Counted from the first letter of the whole stretch, positions 35,472 through 47,800 are shown. The stretch: DNA of 63,786 nucleotides, filler included, from Craspedostauros australis (GCA_030167865.1; 5 parts of 5 records of this genome joined end to end with filler, not necessarily neighbours in it); one strand, 5' to 3'. The notes: generated from the sequence alone by a model not told the origin. Numbers and translations: made by a program.

Positions 35472-36524
35472 ATGAAGACCACCTCTTTCGCCGCCCTCCT
35501 CCTCTCCCTCTCCGCCGTTGAGGGATTCAACAACCTCTCCTTCGGAAAGAAGGGAGCCGCTGCCAAGTCTGCCCCAGCCGTAAGTCCATGCCGTGAGGCG
35601 TCTCTACAGCGGATGCGTGGATCCATGCATGGGTTTGGATCTTTGCGCATGCATTCTCAGCGGTTGCTTTCTGCGATGAATCTTCTCTGCCGTGGCATCA
35701 TCGCAGCAACGAATCCAGCTCGCTCTCTGTGAATTGCGCGACGATGCATGATCACATGATGCACAATGAATCGCGGTTGGCAACACAACGTGCGGCGTGT
35801 CCCTTTCTCAAGATGGCAACAATAGCGACAATAATGACGACACATCCACTCCGTCACTGACCAAATCCACCCGTCATTCCTATTCCCATACACTCCCACG
35901 CCCTGCAACGCCAATAACTCAATGCAAATGCAAAAACAGGACCTCACCGTCGAGGACCTCCCAGGTGCCATCCCACCTGTCGGCCTCTTCGATCCACTCA
36001 ACCTCGGCGGCCGCGCCTCCCCAGACCTCCTTCGCAAGTACCGCGAGGCTGAGCTGACCCACGGACGCGTCGCCATGGTCGCCTTCCTCGGATTCCTCGT
36101 CGGAGAGGGCGTCCAGGGCGTCACACCGCTGTTCGACGGTGAGGTGACCGGAGCTGGCATCACCCAGATCGGACAGGTCCCAGCCGCCTTCTGGATCTCG
36201 TTCGCCGCCGCCACGTTCGCCATCGAGACCCTGCGCGTGCGTCGTGCCATCTACGACCCAGCCGTGTGCTCGCCAGAGGAGATCGGCAAGTACAAGGACG
36301 ACTACGTCCCAGGTGACATCGGCTTCGATCCGCTCGGCCTCAAGCCAGAGGACCCAGAGGAGTTCGCCGAGAAGCAGACCAAGGAACTGCAGAACGGACG
36401 TCTTGCCATGCTCGCCTCCGCCGGATTCCTCGCCCAGGAGCTTTCCGACAAGAAGGGAATTGTTGACCACCTCGTTGGCGGATTCGAGCTTCCAGCATTC
36501 GAGCTCCCAGCCCTTCCATTCTAA
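35472..36524 (+). CDS. LHCX: Light-harvesting fucoxanthin-chlorophyll protein, Lhcx/LI818 type; 2 exons (35472-35579, 35940-36524), 230 aa
   Basis: Signal peptide ending VEG-F (ASAFAP type); intron 35580-35939 (GTAAGT...ACAG); LPGAIPPVGLFDPL, YREAELTHGRVAM, PGDIGFDPLGLKP, TKELQNGRLAML..AGFLAQE. Confidence 0.92.
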
Positions 36525-36754
36525 ATGCAAAAGCGTTTGCACCAAACACACTTGTAATTGAAACATAAACACTATTTTGGAAAGCTACTCGTATAGTATG
36601 TATAATAGTATGTGTCATGCAATGGATTACTCGCATGCGTGATACACGCATGGCACGGCACATCATTCCAGCCAAGTCGTGTATATACACTGTGGATATT
36701 CATTAATCTTATCCGATGTGGTCATCCAACTAATTCGCTGTTCGCCACATCCAC

Positions 36755-39031
36755 CTACCGCCGCCGACCACCCTTGCGGATATTTCCCGACGACACCTTC
36801 ATGCCGGCCGTCGAAGGCGCACCCATATCGTATCCACCCGCCTTGCGCGCGGCGACATCGAGCTTCATGGCGTCACGTTCATTGGCACCACCCTGCGCAC
36901 CACGATGCGTGCGACGGCGGTAGTTGGATCGTGCGTACTTGGGCAACCATCGTTCGGGATTTGGTTTGGTGCGCAGGCCTCGTGCTTCGAGCTGTTGCAC
37001 GTATTGTTCGCGTTTGCGGGCGCGTCGTCGCAAGATAGATTCCTTGCTGCGGCGGTTCGTATCGGTTGTAGTGGCGGTGTTGACGTTGAGCAGCTGTTTG
37101 GTGGCATTCTGGATTCTTGGCAGTTCCTTGTTTTCGAGCTCTTCGGCATCGATGGCATCGTCGTCGCCGTTGATGTCATCGTCCTCATTGTCTTGGTGCT
37201 GCTCCGCAATGATGGGCCGCAATTGGTCCCACAGTTGCGCGGCATCGACATGCTGTCCGCTGCGTGCCAAAGCCTGCACGTAACGCGCATACTGCTGCAG
37301 GTGCTCCATGTCCAGCGACGACGACAGCGCCGGCAAATGCTTTGCGTACATATCGGCGGCCTCTTGGAAACGGCCCTGCGAGTAGAGAACATCGGCCATG
37401 AAGGCGGACGATTCCTGCGTCTGCTGGTGCGCGGCGATCCTCATCTGGACGGCACGCTTCGTGGCGACGACGGCGGGTTTGGGTTGGATGGAAGGCGGCA
37501 AGGATTGCAGGAGGTCCATGATCTGCGCATCGGAGGCCTTTGCCTTGTGGCGGATGTGAAAGAGATGGAGCTGGGTGTGTGCGATGGCGTGGTCGAGGAC
37601 AGCAGTGGACGTTGCTTCCTTCTGCTGTTGCTGCAAAGATTCCAACCGCTTCTCCAAAAGGGCGGTGGTGGACGATCGCTGCTGCGAGTCCTTCTGGATC
37701 ATGCAGTGCGCCGTGAGGACGTCGACGCGACTCAACCACCACGCAGCGTCGTGCGGCGACAGACACGCGACGTAGCTGCCGCTGGCGGACTCCCCCTTCT
37801 TGGACGACGCGACGGTGGATCGCAGGGACTGGCACGACTGCAGACAATCGTCATAGTTCTTGGCCTGCAGCTGGATGACGGTGCGGTTGTACCAGTAGAG
37901 ACGGCTCTGCAACGGCGTCCAGTTGTTGGCGCGCTGCTGCTCCAGCGGGATGTGCGGCAGCTGCGGCAATCCCATGGCCATGGCCTGGTTGAGCTTGATG
38001 GCGGACTGGTGGGCGTCGGTGGTGGCGGCCTTCTTGACCATGGGGTAGTCGGTGGGCACGACGTCGAGTCCCTTCCAGTGGCGCGCCCAGGCCTCGTTGG
38101 CAGTGATGGGGATGAGGTCCCTGTCGTCGGCCGTGGCTTCCGCCTTGCAGGCCTTCGACGCCTTTTTGAGGCAGCTGAGGCCGCTTGCGTGGTCGCCGGA
38201 GATGGCCGCTAATGTTCCGAAGTTGAAGAGAAGATCGTGGTAGATGGTGGTTTCCGCAGCAACGTCCGAGGATGCGACAGTCTCAGCAGCCGCGTCCCTT
38301 ATCCAGGCGGTGGGGTCGTCCGTCTCCTGCTTCGCCTCGTCATTGTCGTTGTCATCGTTATTGTCGTTGGTGTTGTTAGTGTTGCTGACCATGGGAACGA
38401 CATTGGACGAAGCCACGCTGAGAGCGTTGATGAGCAGCTCCAACTGATCTTCGACAGCATCCACATCATCTGCGTTGCTATTGGTGCTGCTGCTATTGCT
38501 GATATGATCATCCCACATCGCACGGTACGCTTGCAGAGCCTTGTTGGTGTCATTCAGGCGAAACAGGGATTGCGCCACCACATGTCGCTCCAGCTCGGCA
38601 TTCCCACCATCTGCCGTTGAGGAGAAGGAGGATGCCTTGTTGACAACCTGAGAGTACTCCTTGAGACGGTACTTGGCGTACAGATCAAAGCCGCGCCATT
38701 GCGGCTGCTTCGCCAGCTGATTAGTATTATTGCTGCTGCTACTGCTGTTAATATTGCCATACTCCACGATCTTGGCGTACTGCTCCAGCTGCAACAACGC
38801 CACGCCCAGCAGCTGCACGACAGAGGCGATGAGGTCCGTGGGAACGAGCATGCGCGGCTTGCCTTTGCTGGACTTGGCCATGCCCAGCAAGACGAGACAC
38901 TGATCGGCCGCCGCCTGCCATTCCTCATCTGCGACGGCCTCCTCCAGATCGCTCAGTTGCGCGCGCAGATCCTGTTTCTCGTACTTGTCCATCGTGGACA
39001 CATCCACGGTGGACGTCCAGCTCGATGTCAT
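36755..39031 (-). CDS. SRP72: Signal recognition particle subunit SRP72
   Basis: TPR-like helical body and C-terminal KPNPERWLPK...RGAQGG, the SRP72 RNA-binding PDPERWLP motif. Confidence 0.87.
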   Translation of the reverse strand: MTSSWTSTVDVSTMDKYEKQDLRAQLSDLEEAVADEEWQAAADQCLVLLGMAKSSKGKPRMLVPTDLIASVVQLLGVALLQLEQYAKIVEYGNINSSSSSNNTNQLAKQPQWRGFDLYAKYRLKEYSQVVNKASSFSSTADGGNAELERHVVAQSLFRLNDTNKALQAYRAMWDDHISNSSSTNSNADDVDAVEDQLELLINALSVASSNVVPMVSNTNNTNDNNDDNDNDEAKQETDDPTAWIRDAAAETVASSDVAAETTIYHDLLFNFGTLAAISGDHASGLSCLKKASKACKAEATADDRDLIPITANEAWARHWKGLDVVPTDYPMVKKAATTDAHQSAIKLNQAMAMGLPQLPHIPLEQQRANNWTPLQSRLYWYNRTVIQLQAKNYDDCLQSCQSLRSTVASSKKGESASGSYVACLSPHDAAWWLSRVDVLTAHCMIQKDSQQRSSTTALLEKRLESLQQQQKEATSTAVLDHAIAHTQLHLFHIRHKAKASDAQIMDLLQSLPPSIQPKPAVVATKRAVQMRIAAHQQTQESSAFMADVLYSQGRFQEAADMYAKHLPALSSSLDMEHLQQYARYVQALARSGQHVDAAQLWDQLRPIIAEQHQDNEDDDINGDDDAIDAEELENKELPRIQNATKQLLNVNTATTTDTNRRSKESILRRRARKREQYVQQLEARGLRTKPNPERWLPKYARSNYRRRTHRGAQGGANERDAMKLDVAARKAGGYDMGAPSTAGMKVSSGNIRKGGRRR

Positions 39032-39480
39032 GCTGTGTCAGTATGATACTATATTATATGTTGGTATGATATGATTCTGTTGCCTGCAAGCATTAATACT
39101 ATTAGAATAGTAGAATAGTAGAATAGTATTATTACCAATGGTCTCTCCTCGCACGAGCTATTGTTGTGGCATCACAAGAGGTGTCAAGTATTGGCGCAAA
39201 CCCAAGGATCGGGTGTGTTCGTGTGTGAGGATCCAGCGTTGCTTGTTGTTGCCGCCACTGCCGCTCTTCTTTGCCACAAAATCCGCACATCCAAGATCAA
39301 AACGGTCGTACGACGGCAAGACGGTGTCCTCTAGTTTGCGATTGGCAGTGTAGACTTTTCGACTACTCGGTTCAAACTTCCATCCACAGTGCTCGTACCT
39401 ACGTACTCATCTTGGACATGCGATGTAATACTATGTATTCTATTATATGACAATACACAAACAATCACGCACCCCGCCGC

Positions 39481-41757
39481 TCACTTGTTGCTCCTCCCCG
39501 GCACACCCTTGCGCAACGTGGTCTGGATGACACCCTTGGGCAGATTGTACGGCGAATCCTTGACGCCGCCATGGCTCGACGCTTTCTCGTCCCCCGTCAG
39601 CAAGGCCGTCAGTTCCTCCACCAAATTGCCTTGAAACAGCAATTCGACGCGATCCTTCTTCAGCGCCGCGCGCCCCACGAGATCTGCATCCGCGGATGCC
39701 GAACACGCGAACCGCTTCGCGACGTCCTTGGAAAAGAGATGCGCATCGATGTGGTACTCTTCCAATCCGCGCACGTACGTCACGAACTTTCGCGATTGGC
39801 GGCGCGTCACTTCGATCTCGATCTTGGGCGGCGTGCCCTTGGCGAGATGCAGGATCTTGGAGCCCGGCATCGCGACGAGCGCGTAGGCCCTGCCGCATTT
39901 GCTGGTCCACAGTTTGGCGGCGTCCTTGCGCAAGATCGTTTCGGGGTAGTGCTGCGGCGTGCTTTGACGTTGTTTCTTGTTGAGTTTGAACAGGGCGTCC
40001 GTGAGGGGTCCATCGAGGACGATCTGTTCGGGTTGGATGGGATCGACCAATTCCTCGCGCGCGATGTAGGCCTCCAGCATCTTGCGGGCCTCGGACGTCG
40101 TCAGCATGCCCGTGCCTTTGCGTTCCTCGGATGTGGCGTTGGCGGCGCGCACGTCGTTGGGATCCAAACGCAGCAGCGCCGTCCAGTGCTGCGGCACGAC
40201 GAAGAGATTGACGACGAGCATCTTGTTGTTGTTGTTGTTGTTGTTCTTGTTGGATGCAGCGGACATTGATTCGACCGCGCCGCTTTTTGAAAATCCGCGC
40301 AGATCCTGGTGCCGTCGTTCCACGCTGAGGAGCATGCCCATGGGATCCTTCTTGCCCTTGTCCGGTCCGACCTTGAGCAGACCGCGAGCGACCTGCTCCT
40401 TGAGGTAGGTTCCGAACTTTTTGTACTTGGTTGCCTTGAGCTGGATCGTGGTGCCTTCGGGTCGGTTGGGCAGGACGTGCTGCGAGTAGAATGTGGAGAT
40501 GATCATGGGGAGGTCGCTCTTCTTGAGTGCCACGAGCGCTTGGCAGACTGTCGCGTGCAGAACTTCTTCCGGCGTCGCAGCTGGCGCTTCATCTTGTTCT
40601 TCCTCTGCGTCAGTTTCTGTTGTTGCTGCTGTTGTTGCTGTTGTTGCTGTTGTTTCTGTCGTTTGGGTTCCTTCTTCTGCTGTCTCCGTATTTGCCATCG
40701 ATTCAGCCTGTGTTGTTGTTGTTGTTGTTGGTGGTGGTGGTGCTTGCGTGGATGGTTCATCAGCTGCAGATACCGCGCTGTCAGCACCACCTTCGACATC
40801 ATCCCAGACCTTGGTGGATGGATCCGATTGCCCTTGATCTTGAACACCAGATTCTGATTTCTCCTGAATCGCCTTGTCCTCCTCTGCATCGCTATCGCCT
40901 TCCTGCCGCTGCAAGGGATACACCATCTTGCCATCCACGAAGCCAACGTTGCCGTAGTTGCCATCATCAAAGTGACTGCCACCTATTGGATTGATGACGC
41001 CGGTCTCCTTCGACGGCATCCCCTTGACGGGCATCCCAGCCGCTGCCGCCGATTGATGCTGCTGCCAAAGATCATCGCCGTAGGCATGCCATATCTTCAC
41101 GCCGATGCCCTTCGTTTCGGGTCCGAATTCCTGCACGTTCTGCAGCTCGCCGACGGCGAATGGAATGGGATTGTTCTGCACGCAGATGGGAACAATGGGC
41201 AGGATGGTTGGCATCGCGAGCGTTCCTCTCGACGCCGACGTCGCACTGGCTGCCTGCGGCGCAGACCGCATGCCCGCTTTCATCAAATCGGCGCCGCGAC
41301 AGACGAACTTGGAGACGGGACACGGCACCGTGACGGCGTAGTTCGCAATGGGCACGACCGACGGCAGGCTGGCAAGGACGGCCGACCACAGAGCCACGGT
41401 GGGCGTCTCCTGCAGCAGCTTGGACTTCTCTTCCATGGCCATCCACACGAATTGGGACGTGCGTTGGTAAGGCCAGGAGGCATCGTCGCTGGGCGCGCGC
41501 AGATAGAGCATCATCTTGCAGGCCTTGCGGTCCAGCAGGATGCAGCGCGCCGATAAGTTGGTGGCTTGCAGGAAGCAGGCATCGAGGATGCTGCGCAGGG
41601 CGTCCTTGTCGGCCTCGCCATCGAGCTGCAGGACATTGTCGAAGTAGGCCTGCACGCGTTTGCGCAGCTGCTTCTTGTCCTTCTTGCCCAGCGGCACGTC
41701 CGCCCGCTTCTTCTTGTTCGAGTTGCCGCCGGCGCTAGATCCCTCCTTGTGGAACAT
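39481..41757 (-). CDS. EIF2D: Translation initiation factor eIF2D (ligatin): PUA, SWIB-like and SUI1 domains
   Basis: PTVALW, VSKFVCRGADLM, KGIGVKIWHAYGDDLW, LKATKYKKFGTYL, YIAREELVDP, RKFVTYVRGLE...AKRFACSAS...FQGN; ATG at 41757. Confidence 0.9.
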   Translation of the reverse strand: MFHKEGSSAGGNSNKKKRADVPLGKKDKKQLRKRVQAYFDNVLQLDGEADKDALRSILDACFLQATNLSARCILLDRKACKMMLYLRAPSDDASWPYQRTSQFVWMAMEEKSKLLQETPTVALWSAVLASLPSVVPIANYAVTVPCPVSKFVCRGADLMKAGMRSAPQAASATSASRGTLAMPTILPIVPICVQNNPIPFAVGELQNVQEFGPETKGIGVKIWHAYGDDLWQQHQSAAAAGMPVKGMPSKETGVINPIGGSHFDDGNYGNVGFVDGKMVYPLQRQEGDSDAEEDKAIQEKSESGVQDQGQSDPSTKVWDDVEGGADSAVSAADEPSTQAPPPPTTTTTTQAESMANTETAEEGTQTTETTATTATTAATTETDAEEEQDEAPAATPEEVLHATVCQALVALKKSDLPMIISTFYSQHVLPNRPEGTTIQLKATKYKKFGTYLKEQVARGLLKVGPDKGKKDPMGMLLSVERRHQDLRGFSKSGAVESMSAASNKNNNNNNNKMLVVNLFVVPQHWTALLRLDPNDVRAANATSEERKGTGMLTTSEARKMLEAYIAREELVDPIQPEQIVLDGPLTDALFKLNKKQRQSTPQHYPETILRKDAAKLWTSKCGRAYALVAMPGSKILHLAKGTPPKIEIEVTRRQSRKFVTYVRGLEEYHIDAHLFSKDVAKRFACSASADADLVGRAALKKDRVELLFQGNLVEELTALLTGDEKASSHGGVKDSPYNLPKGVIQTTLRKGVPGRSNK

Positions 41758-41952
41758 GGTTGTTGGGTTGTGCTTCACTTTGTTTTGTGCTTCACTTTGA
41801 GTTGTGCTTCACTTTGAGTTGAGTTTATGATCCAATTGTGGCAGATCGGTGGATGGAGGAACACTTGGATGCTGGTTGTTGTTTGGATTCGTCCACAACT
41901 CAATATTTTAATTGTATAACATAATTTCACTCCGCGAAAGCAACAAATCCAT

Positions 41953-42034
41953 GACAACGTGGCCGAGTGGTTAAGGCGATGGACTGCTAATCCATTGTTC
42001 TTTGAACGCGAGAGTTCGAATCTCTCCGTTGTCG
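41953..42034 (+). tRNA. trnS-GCT: tRNA-Ser(GCT)
   Basis: Acceptor stem GACAACG/CGTTGTC, D-loop GAGTGGTTAAG, anticodon arm ATGGA-CT-GCT-AA-TCCAT, long variable arm, T-loop GTTCGAATC, then a TTTT Pol III terminator. Confidence 0.97.
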
Positions 42035-42173
42035 TTTTGTTCGTCGCACAAATTACTTGTTTCGTTTTGGCTCGTTCGCCTCTCCCAAAGTGCAACATGC
42101 GGAAGAACTCTGGAGACTACCACACACCCACTTCATCGCATCTCTATTTTTGCATCCATTATCTTACTGACAC

Positions 42174-43755
42174 TCATCTCTCTACTCGGATGGCCGCGGC
42201 CTCATCGACCGCGAATTCCACAAACCGAAGGTTCCGCACGCTTGGAACCCATCCACGATGCAATCCATCTGCTCGCCAGCCGCCATTTCCATTCCTTGAC
42301 CAGATGCGTGCCTTTTGGAGCTGCAATGATAGAAGATACCTCACCGGGAAGTCCACCCAGCGCAGATCATCATCCTCCCACTCATCCGGCGCGTCTTCCG
42401 ATCTGGTCTCCGTCAGAGAGTGCTGCGTATGGGCCGATCCAAGGTTCTCACCCCGTCTGTTCTTCTTGTTGTTGTCGATCCGCGGGACCAACGCGAGTTG
42501 CAACTTGGGCAGATAGTACTCTTCGGACACAACAATGGCACCACCCTTCCAATCGTCTGCGACGACCTCGTCTTCGTACACCGTGTACTGCTCCACAGTC
42601 TCGTACGATTCCGTCACCATCATGGGCCGCGACAGATCGCGCACCAGCGCCTCGAAGAATTCATCATCGTCCAACTTCTCCGCAATCACTTCGTCCTCCT
42701 GGAGCAACTCGGACAGCATCGTCTTGCGCGGCACTCGCCTTGTTCTTGTCACGACGCGCTGCTTCTGCTTGGCCACACGCCACTGCAATGTACATTGCGC
42801 AACGGCGAATTTACGCAGCTTCCGCCGCATCTTGCGTTGCATTCGTTTCGCGGCAGTCGTCATGGATCTCGTGCGCATCAGTTGGAACCACGCAGCCGTG
42901 GGATGGCGCAGGCTGGGAAGAACTTCCTGCAGCTGCGCCTCCAACAGCAACCACTCTTCTTGCGCCGTGAGTTGTTCAGGCAGCTCGTCACGGTAGCGTT
43001 GCTGCAGTTCGAATAGATCGTCGTGCACGATCGTCGGCAGGATGGGTACCAAGCCCAATTGGAAATCGCAAAGCTGAATGAATAAAACGAGATTGACGAA
43101 GCATTGCAACGCGGTGACGATCATGATGGTCGGGAGGCACGCGAACGCGTTGTGGTACGGATCTTGAATTTGTATGCGCAGATGCTTTGGGTCGCCGTCC
43201 CAACACATCTTCGATCTTATCCAGCAATCGATCGAATCCTTGTTCGACGCGCGACAGCATGGATGCCACATCGTCCGTGGTGTCGGCGTCGCGATCGCGT
43301 TTCATGGATGATGGATCCATGCCGTCTCGTTGCGACGGTGCGTGCGACAGCATCCTGGATATGCGCTGATCGATCTTCGATTCCAACCTGCCAATGATGT
43401 CGTCGGCCGATGGTGTGCGATGCGGAGCTGTTTGGGTTCTGTTTGCAGGCGGCGGCGGTGGTGGTGGTGGCTTTTGTGGTGCCTTTTGTGGTGGCCGCAT
43501 GGGTGGCGGAGGCACTTGCGTGATCGGCACCTTGTCACCATCGTTGCTTGCATTGCGATCCATGGCGTCCAATCGCCGAGTCGGCACAACCCGCAATGGC
43601 GGTGGTCGCACAACCTTGTCAGGCAATGCGATACGCAACTGCGCAATTGTGGATCTGGATTCGGCATGCACCGAGCCTGCGATCATTGTCAAGACGCAGA
43701 GACAGAGGATCGACAGATGCTGTGGCGTGCATCGCCGTGGCGTTCTCGGTTGCAT
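42174..43755 (-). CDS. Hypothetical secreted/membrane protein with a Pro-rich N-terminal half; probably 2 exons
   Basis: Two overlapping protein-like ORFs in different frames; signal-like LSILCLCVLTMIAGSVHA. Good phase-0 acceptor TTTATTCATTCAG ends at 43074; the donor is ambiguous (about 43140-43158). Confidence 0.55.
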
Positions 43756-44827
43756 CGTCTCTATTGGAATTGTAGAATAGTTGAATTGGAGGAGTGTGGC
43801 ATGTGAAGTGCGGAGTGGATTGCAACTATGCACCCATCTGTGATCATGGGTATTGCAATGCCAAGAAATACAAAGCGATGGTGTCGGCAAGATCCAAAGT
43901 GCTTCCACATCGTGATTGTTGGTGGGTGGTCGATGACAGAAGATGCGGACAGAACACCAACGCGGAAAGATCGCAAACTGTCACAAACGCACATCGCGAA
44001 AAGATTTGTACCCACGGTCACGACCAAAAGGATCCACGATCAGCGAACGATCCAACACGGACAAACACGTCCGCCTACATCAGGTGACGCGACAACTTCC
44101 ACGAGTTCTGAGTGACAAGAAGGAGGCTGTGTCTCCTGGTTCCACACCGAAACGTCTTGCTAGAAAGAATGTCGCTGCAGACACGATAAACGCGGATTGC
44201 GTGGTGTTCGCTCCATGCAGGATAAAAATCGCGGCGAAACCGATTGTCTGTGACACAAGTCACGAGGGGCTACATGATCACGGAGATTCGTGACGAGTGT
44301 CATGGTAGGGAAGAGGACTGAAGTGTACGACACATGTTCATCATTTAGCAGACACGCGGCGAAATGTGGATTTATTAGGCTGGGAGACTACTGCGTCGCC
44401 ACGATGGCAGGAACACCTCCGACTTTGGCGCCAATCGGCCCAAAGTTGCACGGAGATGCAGCACAATCGGCATCTGGTGGTTGAGAGTTCCAGGCTGCCA
44501 CAAGTAGCAAGGAGGTTCGTGGAGGAGAATAAAGTCCACAACAAGTCAGAAACAGAAGAAGGCAGAAAGGAGGGAGACAGAGACACACAAACACAGAGGC
44601 AGAGACAGAGATAGACAGCCAATGCCGAAACGAGGGAGGTGGAGTGCAGCGCATGTTGATTCCAAAGAGCAGAGCAGAGCAGAGTAGAGCAGAGCAACAT
44701 TGATACCAACAGCAGCACAAACTGCAGTTGACAGCGGCATATCATATCACACAACATTGTATTGTTGTATTGTCTTGTATTGAACAATACTAGAATAACA
44801 ATAACAATAACAGCAATAACAACAACC

Positions 44828-47800
44828 ATGCAAGTCCATGCACCAAGAAGCGTGTTGACGCGCAAGTCAGCACCCATCCTGACACCGCTGACGCAGGACT
44901 CGGACGCCAAGAGCATCCTGCTGAAGAAGCCCAAGTCCGTCTCCATCTCCACCACCGATGCCGTCACAGCAGCCGCCAGTGTCATCAGCAAGTCCTCTCC
45001 TGTGGTCAAGCAGGCAGCAGCGACTGCCAACGATGCGCAGAGCCATGCCTCACTCGCAACCAACAGTCTCACTCTCAGTCAGAGTCAGGCTCAGAGCATC
45101 GGCCATGGCCATGTGCGAGGAGAGGGCAAAAGCCGGAGCATCACCGTCCACCGCACTTCAAGTCACAGCGTTAATCGCAGCCATGATCCCAATGGCCTCA
45201 GCACCAGCAATCACAGCATCAACCACAACCACAACCACAATCCAACAGACTCGAAGGCAGGACAGGCCTCACAACCAACAAAGGCCAAGCGTGACTACTT
45301 CTCATCCGGCAGAGACTTCTACGACGATGGATACACGGAGGAAGAGCAGAACATCAACGATCTGCCCACCACCTTCCTTCCTGACGATGGAACGAGCGAC
45401 ATCGGTCCTTCCTCCTTCCAGGCTTCCTCCTGCTTTCTGGGAAGGAAGGAGGAGCTCAGACAACTCGAGCATCTGCGAAACCAGGTCATCGTCGACGCCC
45501 AAGACGACAACCACAGTCACGACAACCACAGCCACGATAACCACAGCCACGACGACCACACTTTGACAGAACAGCCCGCCAAGCGACGTTCCATGATCGC
45601 CGCTGCACCACCCAAACCTGCCTTGCACCCGGCCGCGCTGGTCTGGGGCGTCAGCGGCACGGGCAAATCAAAGCTCATCGACCACTTCTTCCGCACCTCT
45701 TGCGACGCGTCGCCCTGCTACATCCTCTGCGGCAAGAACGACGAGAAGGTCGGCGGCGGCCCCTTCGCGGCCATCGTGCAGGCCATGCAGGACTTCACGT
45801 CGCAGCTGCAGCGCGGACCGGTAGACGAGCTGGATCGATTGCGAGCCTGCGTGCGCGAGACCTTCCCGTCGGGTGGCTTCGATGCGCTCGTGCATCTCGT
45901 GCCCTCCTTGTCCATTCTGTCGCCCACGCACAGCGACCTAGAGACGGCGTCGACCGAGAATGCATGGAACCAGCTGCAGTACCTATTCATCAGCTTCATC
46001 AAGGCCGTCTCCACGTCGCAGCGTCCCATATACATGTTCCTCGACGACCTGCAATGGTCATCCGACGTCGCCCTCAAACTCCTCGCCAACCTCATCGGCG
46101 ACGCCAGTCTGCGACATTTCCTGCTGCTGGGCGCCATCCGCCAGGAACTCAACACGGACGAAGTCGTCGAGCTGTCGCCGGATGATCCCTTGTCCGTGCA
46201 TCTTCTCAACCCTCTCGACTCGCGCGCGCTGCTGCAAATCACGGTCACCAATCTATCGCTGCCGGAAATGACGTCGTGGCTGTCGGCTCTGCTGGGACGC
46301 GACGATATCCAACCGCTGTGTCGCAAGCTCTACGACAAGACGCACGGCAACATTTTCTTCACCTTGCAGGCGTTGGAGGAGTTGGAACGCAAGAATATCC
46401 TCGTCTACAGCCGCATCTCATTCGAATGGGAATGGAACTTCGGCAGCAACAATAACAACAATGACGACGATTTCGAACTCCCCATCAGCGACAACATCGT
46501 CAGCGCCATCGAGTCCAAACTGCGGGGATTGCCGTTGACCTTGCAGCACGTTCTCGCCATCGCGGCCAACATACGATCCACATTCGATATCCGCGTCTTG
46601 CAACAAGTCGTGTGCAACGAACAGAGCCATCCCGACGGGCTCTTCGCCACGTCCGAATCATTCGCCGACAACAGCGACGCCTTGTACAAGATCTTGGAAC
46701 GCGCCGTCTTGGAAAAGCTCATTGCCAACACCATCGGCGGCACGTCCTATCGCTTCATACACGACCGCATCCAGCAGGCGGCGCAGGGCATGATTCCAAG
46801 CGGCGAATTGCGCAACAAGCTGCAGCTAAGACTGGGACAGTGTCTGCTCAGCCTTTACAAGACCCACAAGGCCAACGACGGCCTGCTCTTCGTCGCGGCC
46901 GATCATCTCAACAGCATACCCACCAAGAACCATCTCTTCACCGCGACGCTCAATCTCGAAGTCGGCGAGAAGGCCTTGCAGATGGCGGCCTTGCCATCGG
47001 CCGCCATGTATCTGCAAAAGGCGACGGCGGCATTGCGACGCATGCGACGATCTCCGACCTCGAGCATGATGCTCGTCGAATACAGCATGACGGGCGGCGG
47101 CAACGACGGCGATACGGATGATTATCAGATATGGCTGCGCCTCTACCGCGCGCGATGCGACGTCGAATTGTCGCTGACGCATCTCCAACTCGGCTACGCG
47201 TTGGGCGATGAAGTGCTCAAGAACGCGAGGACGTTGCAAGATAAGCTGCCGACGTACTACACCATGGCGAGGGCGATGGGCAGGGAGAATCGCGTCGTGG
47301 AGGCCATGCATCTCGAGATCAATTTGCTGCGCATGCTCGGCAAGTATCCCAAGAAGTGGTACGCGCTGCATGTCATGAAGGACATGTCCAAGATGAAGAC
47401 CTACATGAAGATCAACACGGACGACCAGATTCTAGACATTCGCGTCGCGACGGATCCAAACACCGTCTTCGTCATGCAGGTATTGCGAGATATCAGCACG
47501 CGCTCGTACATGACCAAGAACATGCTCGTCACGGTGCTCACCATCCTTCGGATGCTGCACCATTCCATCCGGCACGGCCTCACGGAGGACAGCGCCATGG
47601 CCTTTGCATTTTTCGGTGTCATCGTCGCGTCCTCGGGCGATCAGCCGCTGGCCCAGCGCTGTGCGTCCATCTCGCACAGAATTTTGGAAAAGACGAAAGG
47701 GAAGCTCGCCAGCGGCGCGGTCTGTCTCCTCACCATGGCGTACATCACGCCATTCAGCAAACCGGTCCTCGAGCTGCTCGAGCAGGGCTGGGTGGGCTAC

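Noticed and set aside
40570..40900. Thr/Glu-rich tract and CAA-type repeats in eIF2D
   Set aside because: Low-complexity interdomain linker typical of this genome.
36755..42034. SRP72, eIF2D and tRNA-Ser as a translation cluster
   Set aside because: Ordinary housekeeping neighbours in a compact eukaryotic genome; no shared regulatory signal seen.
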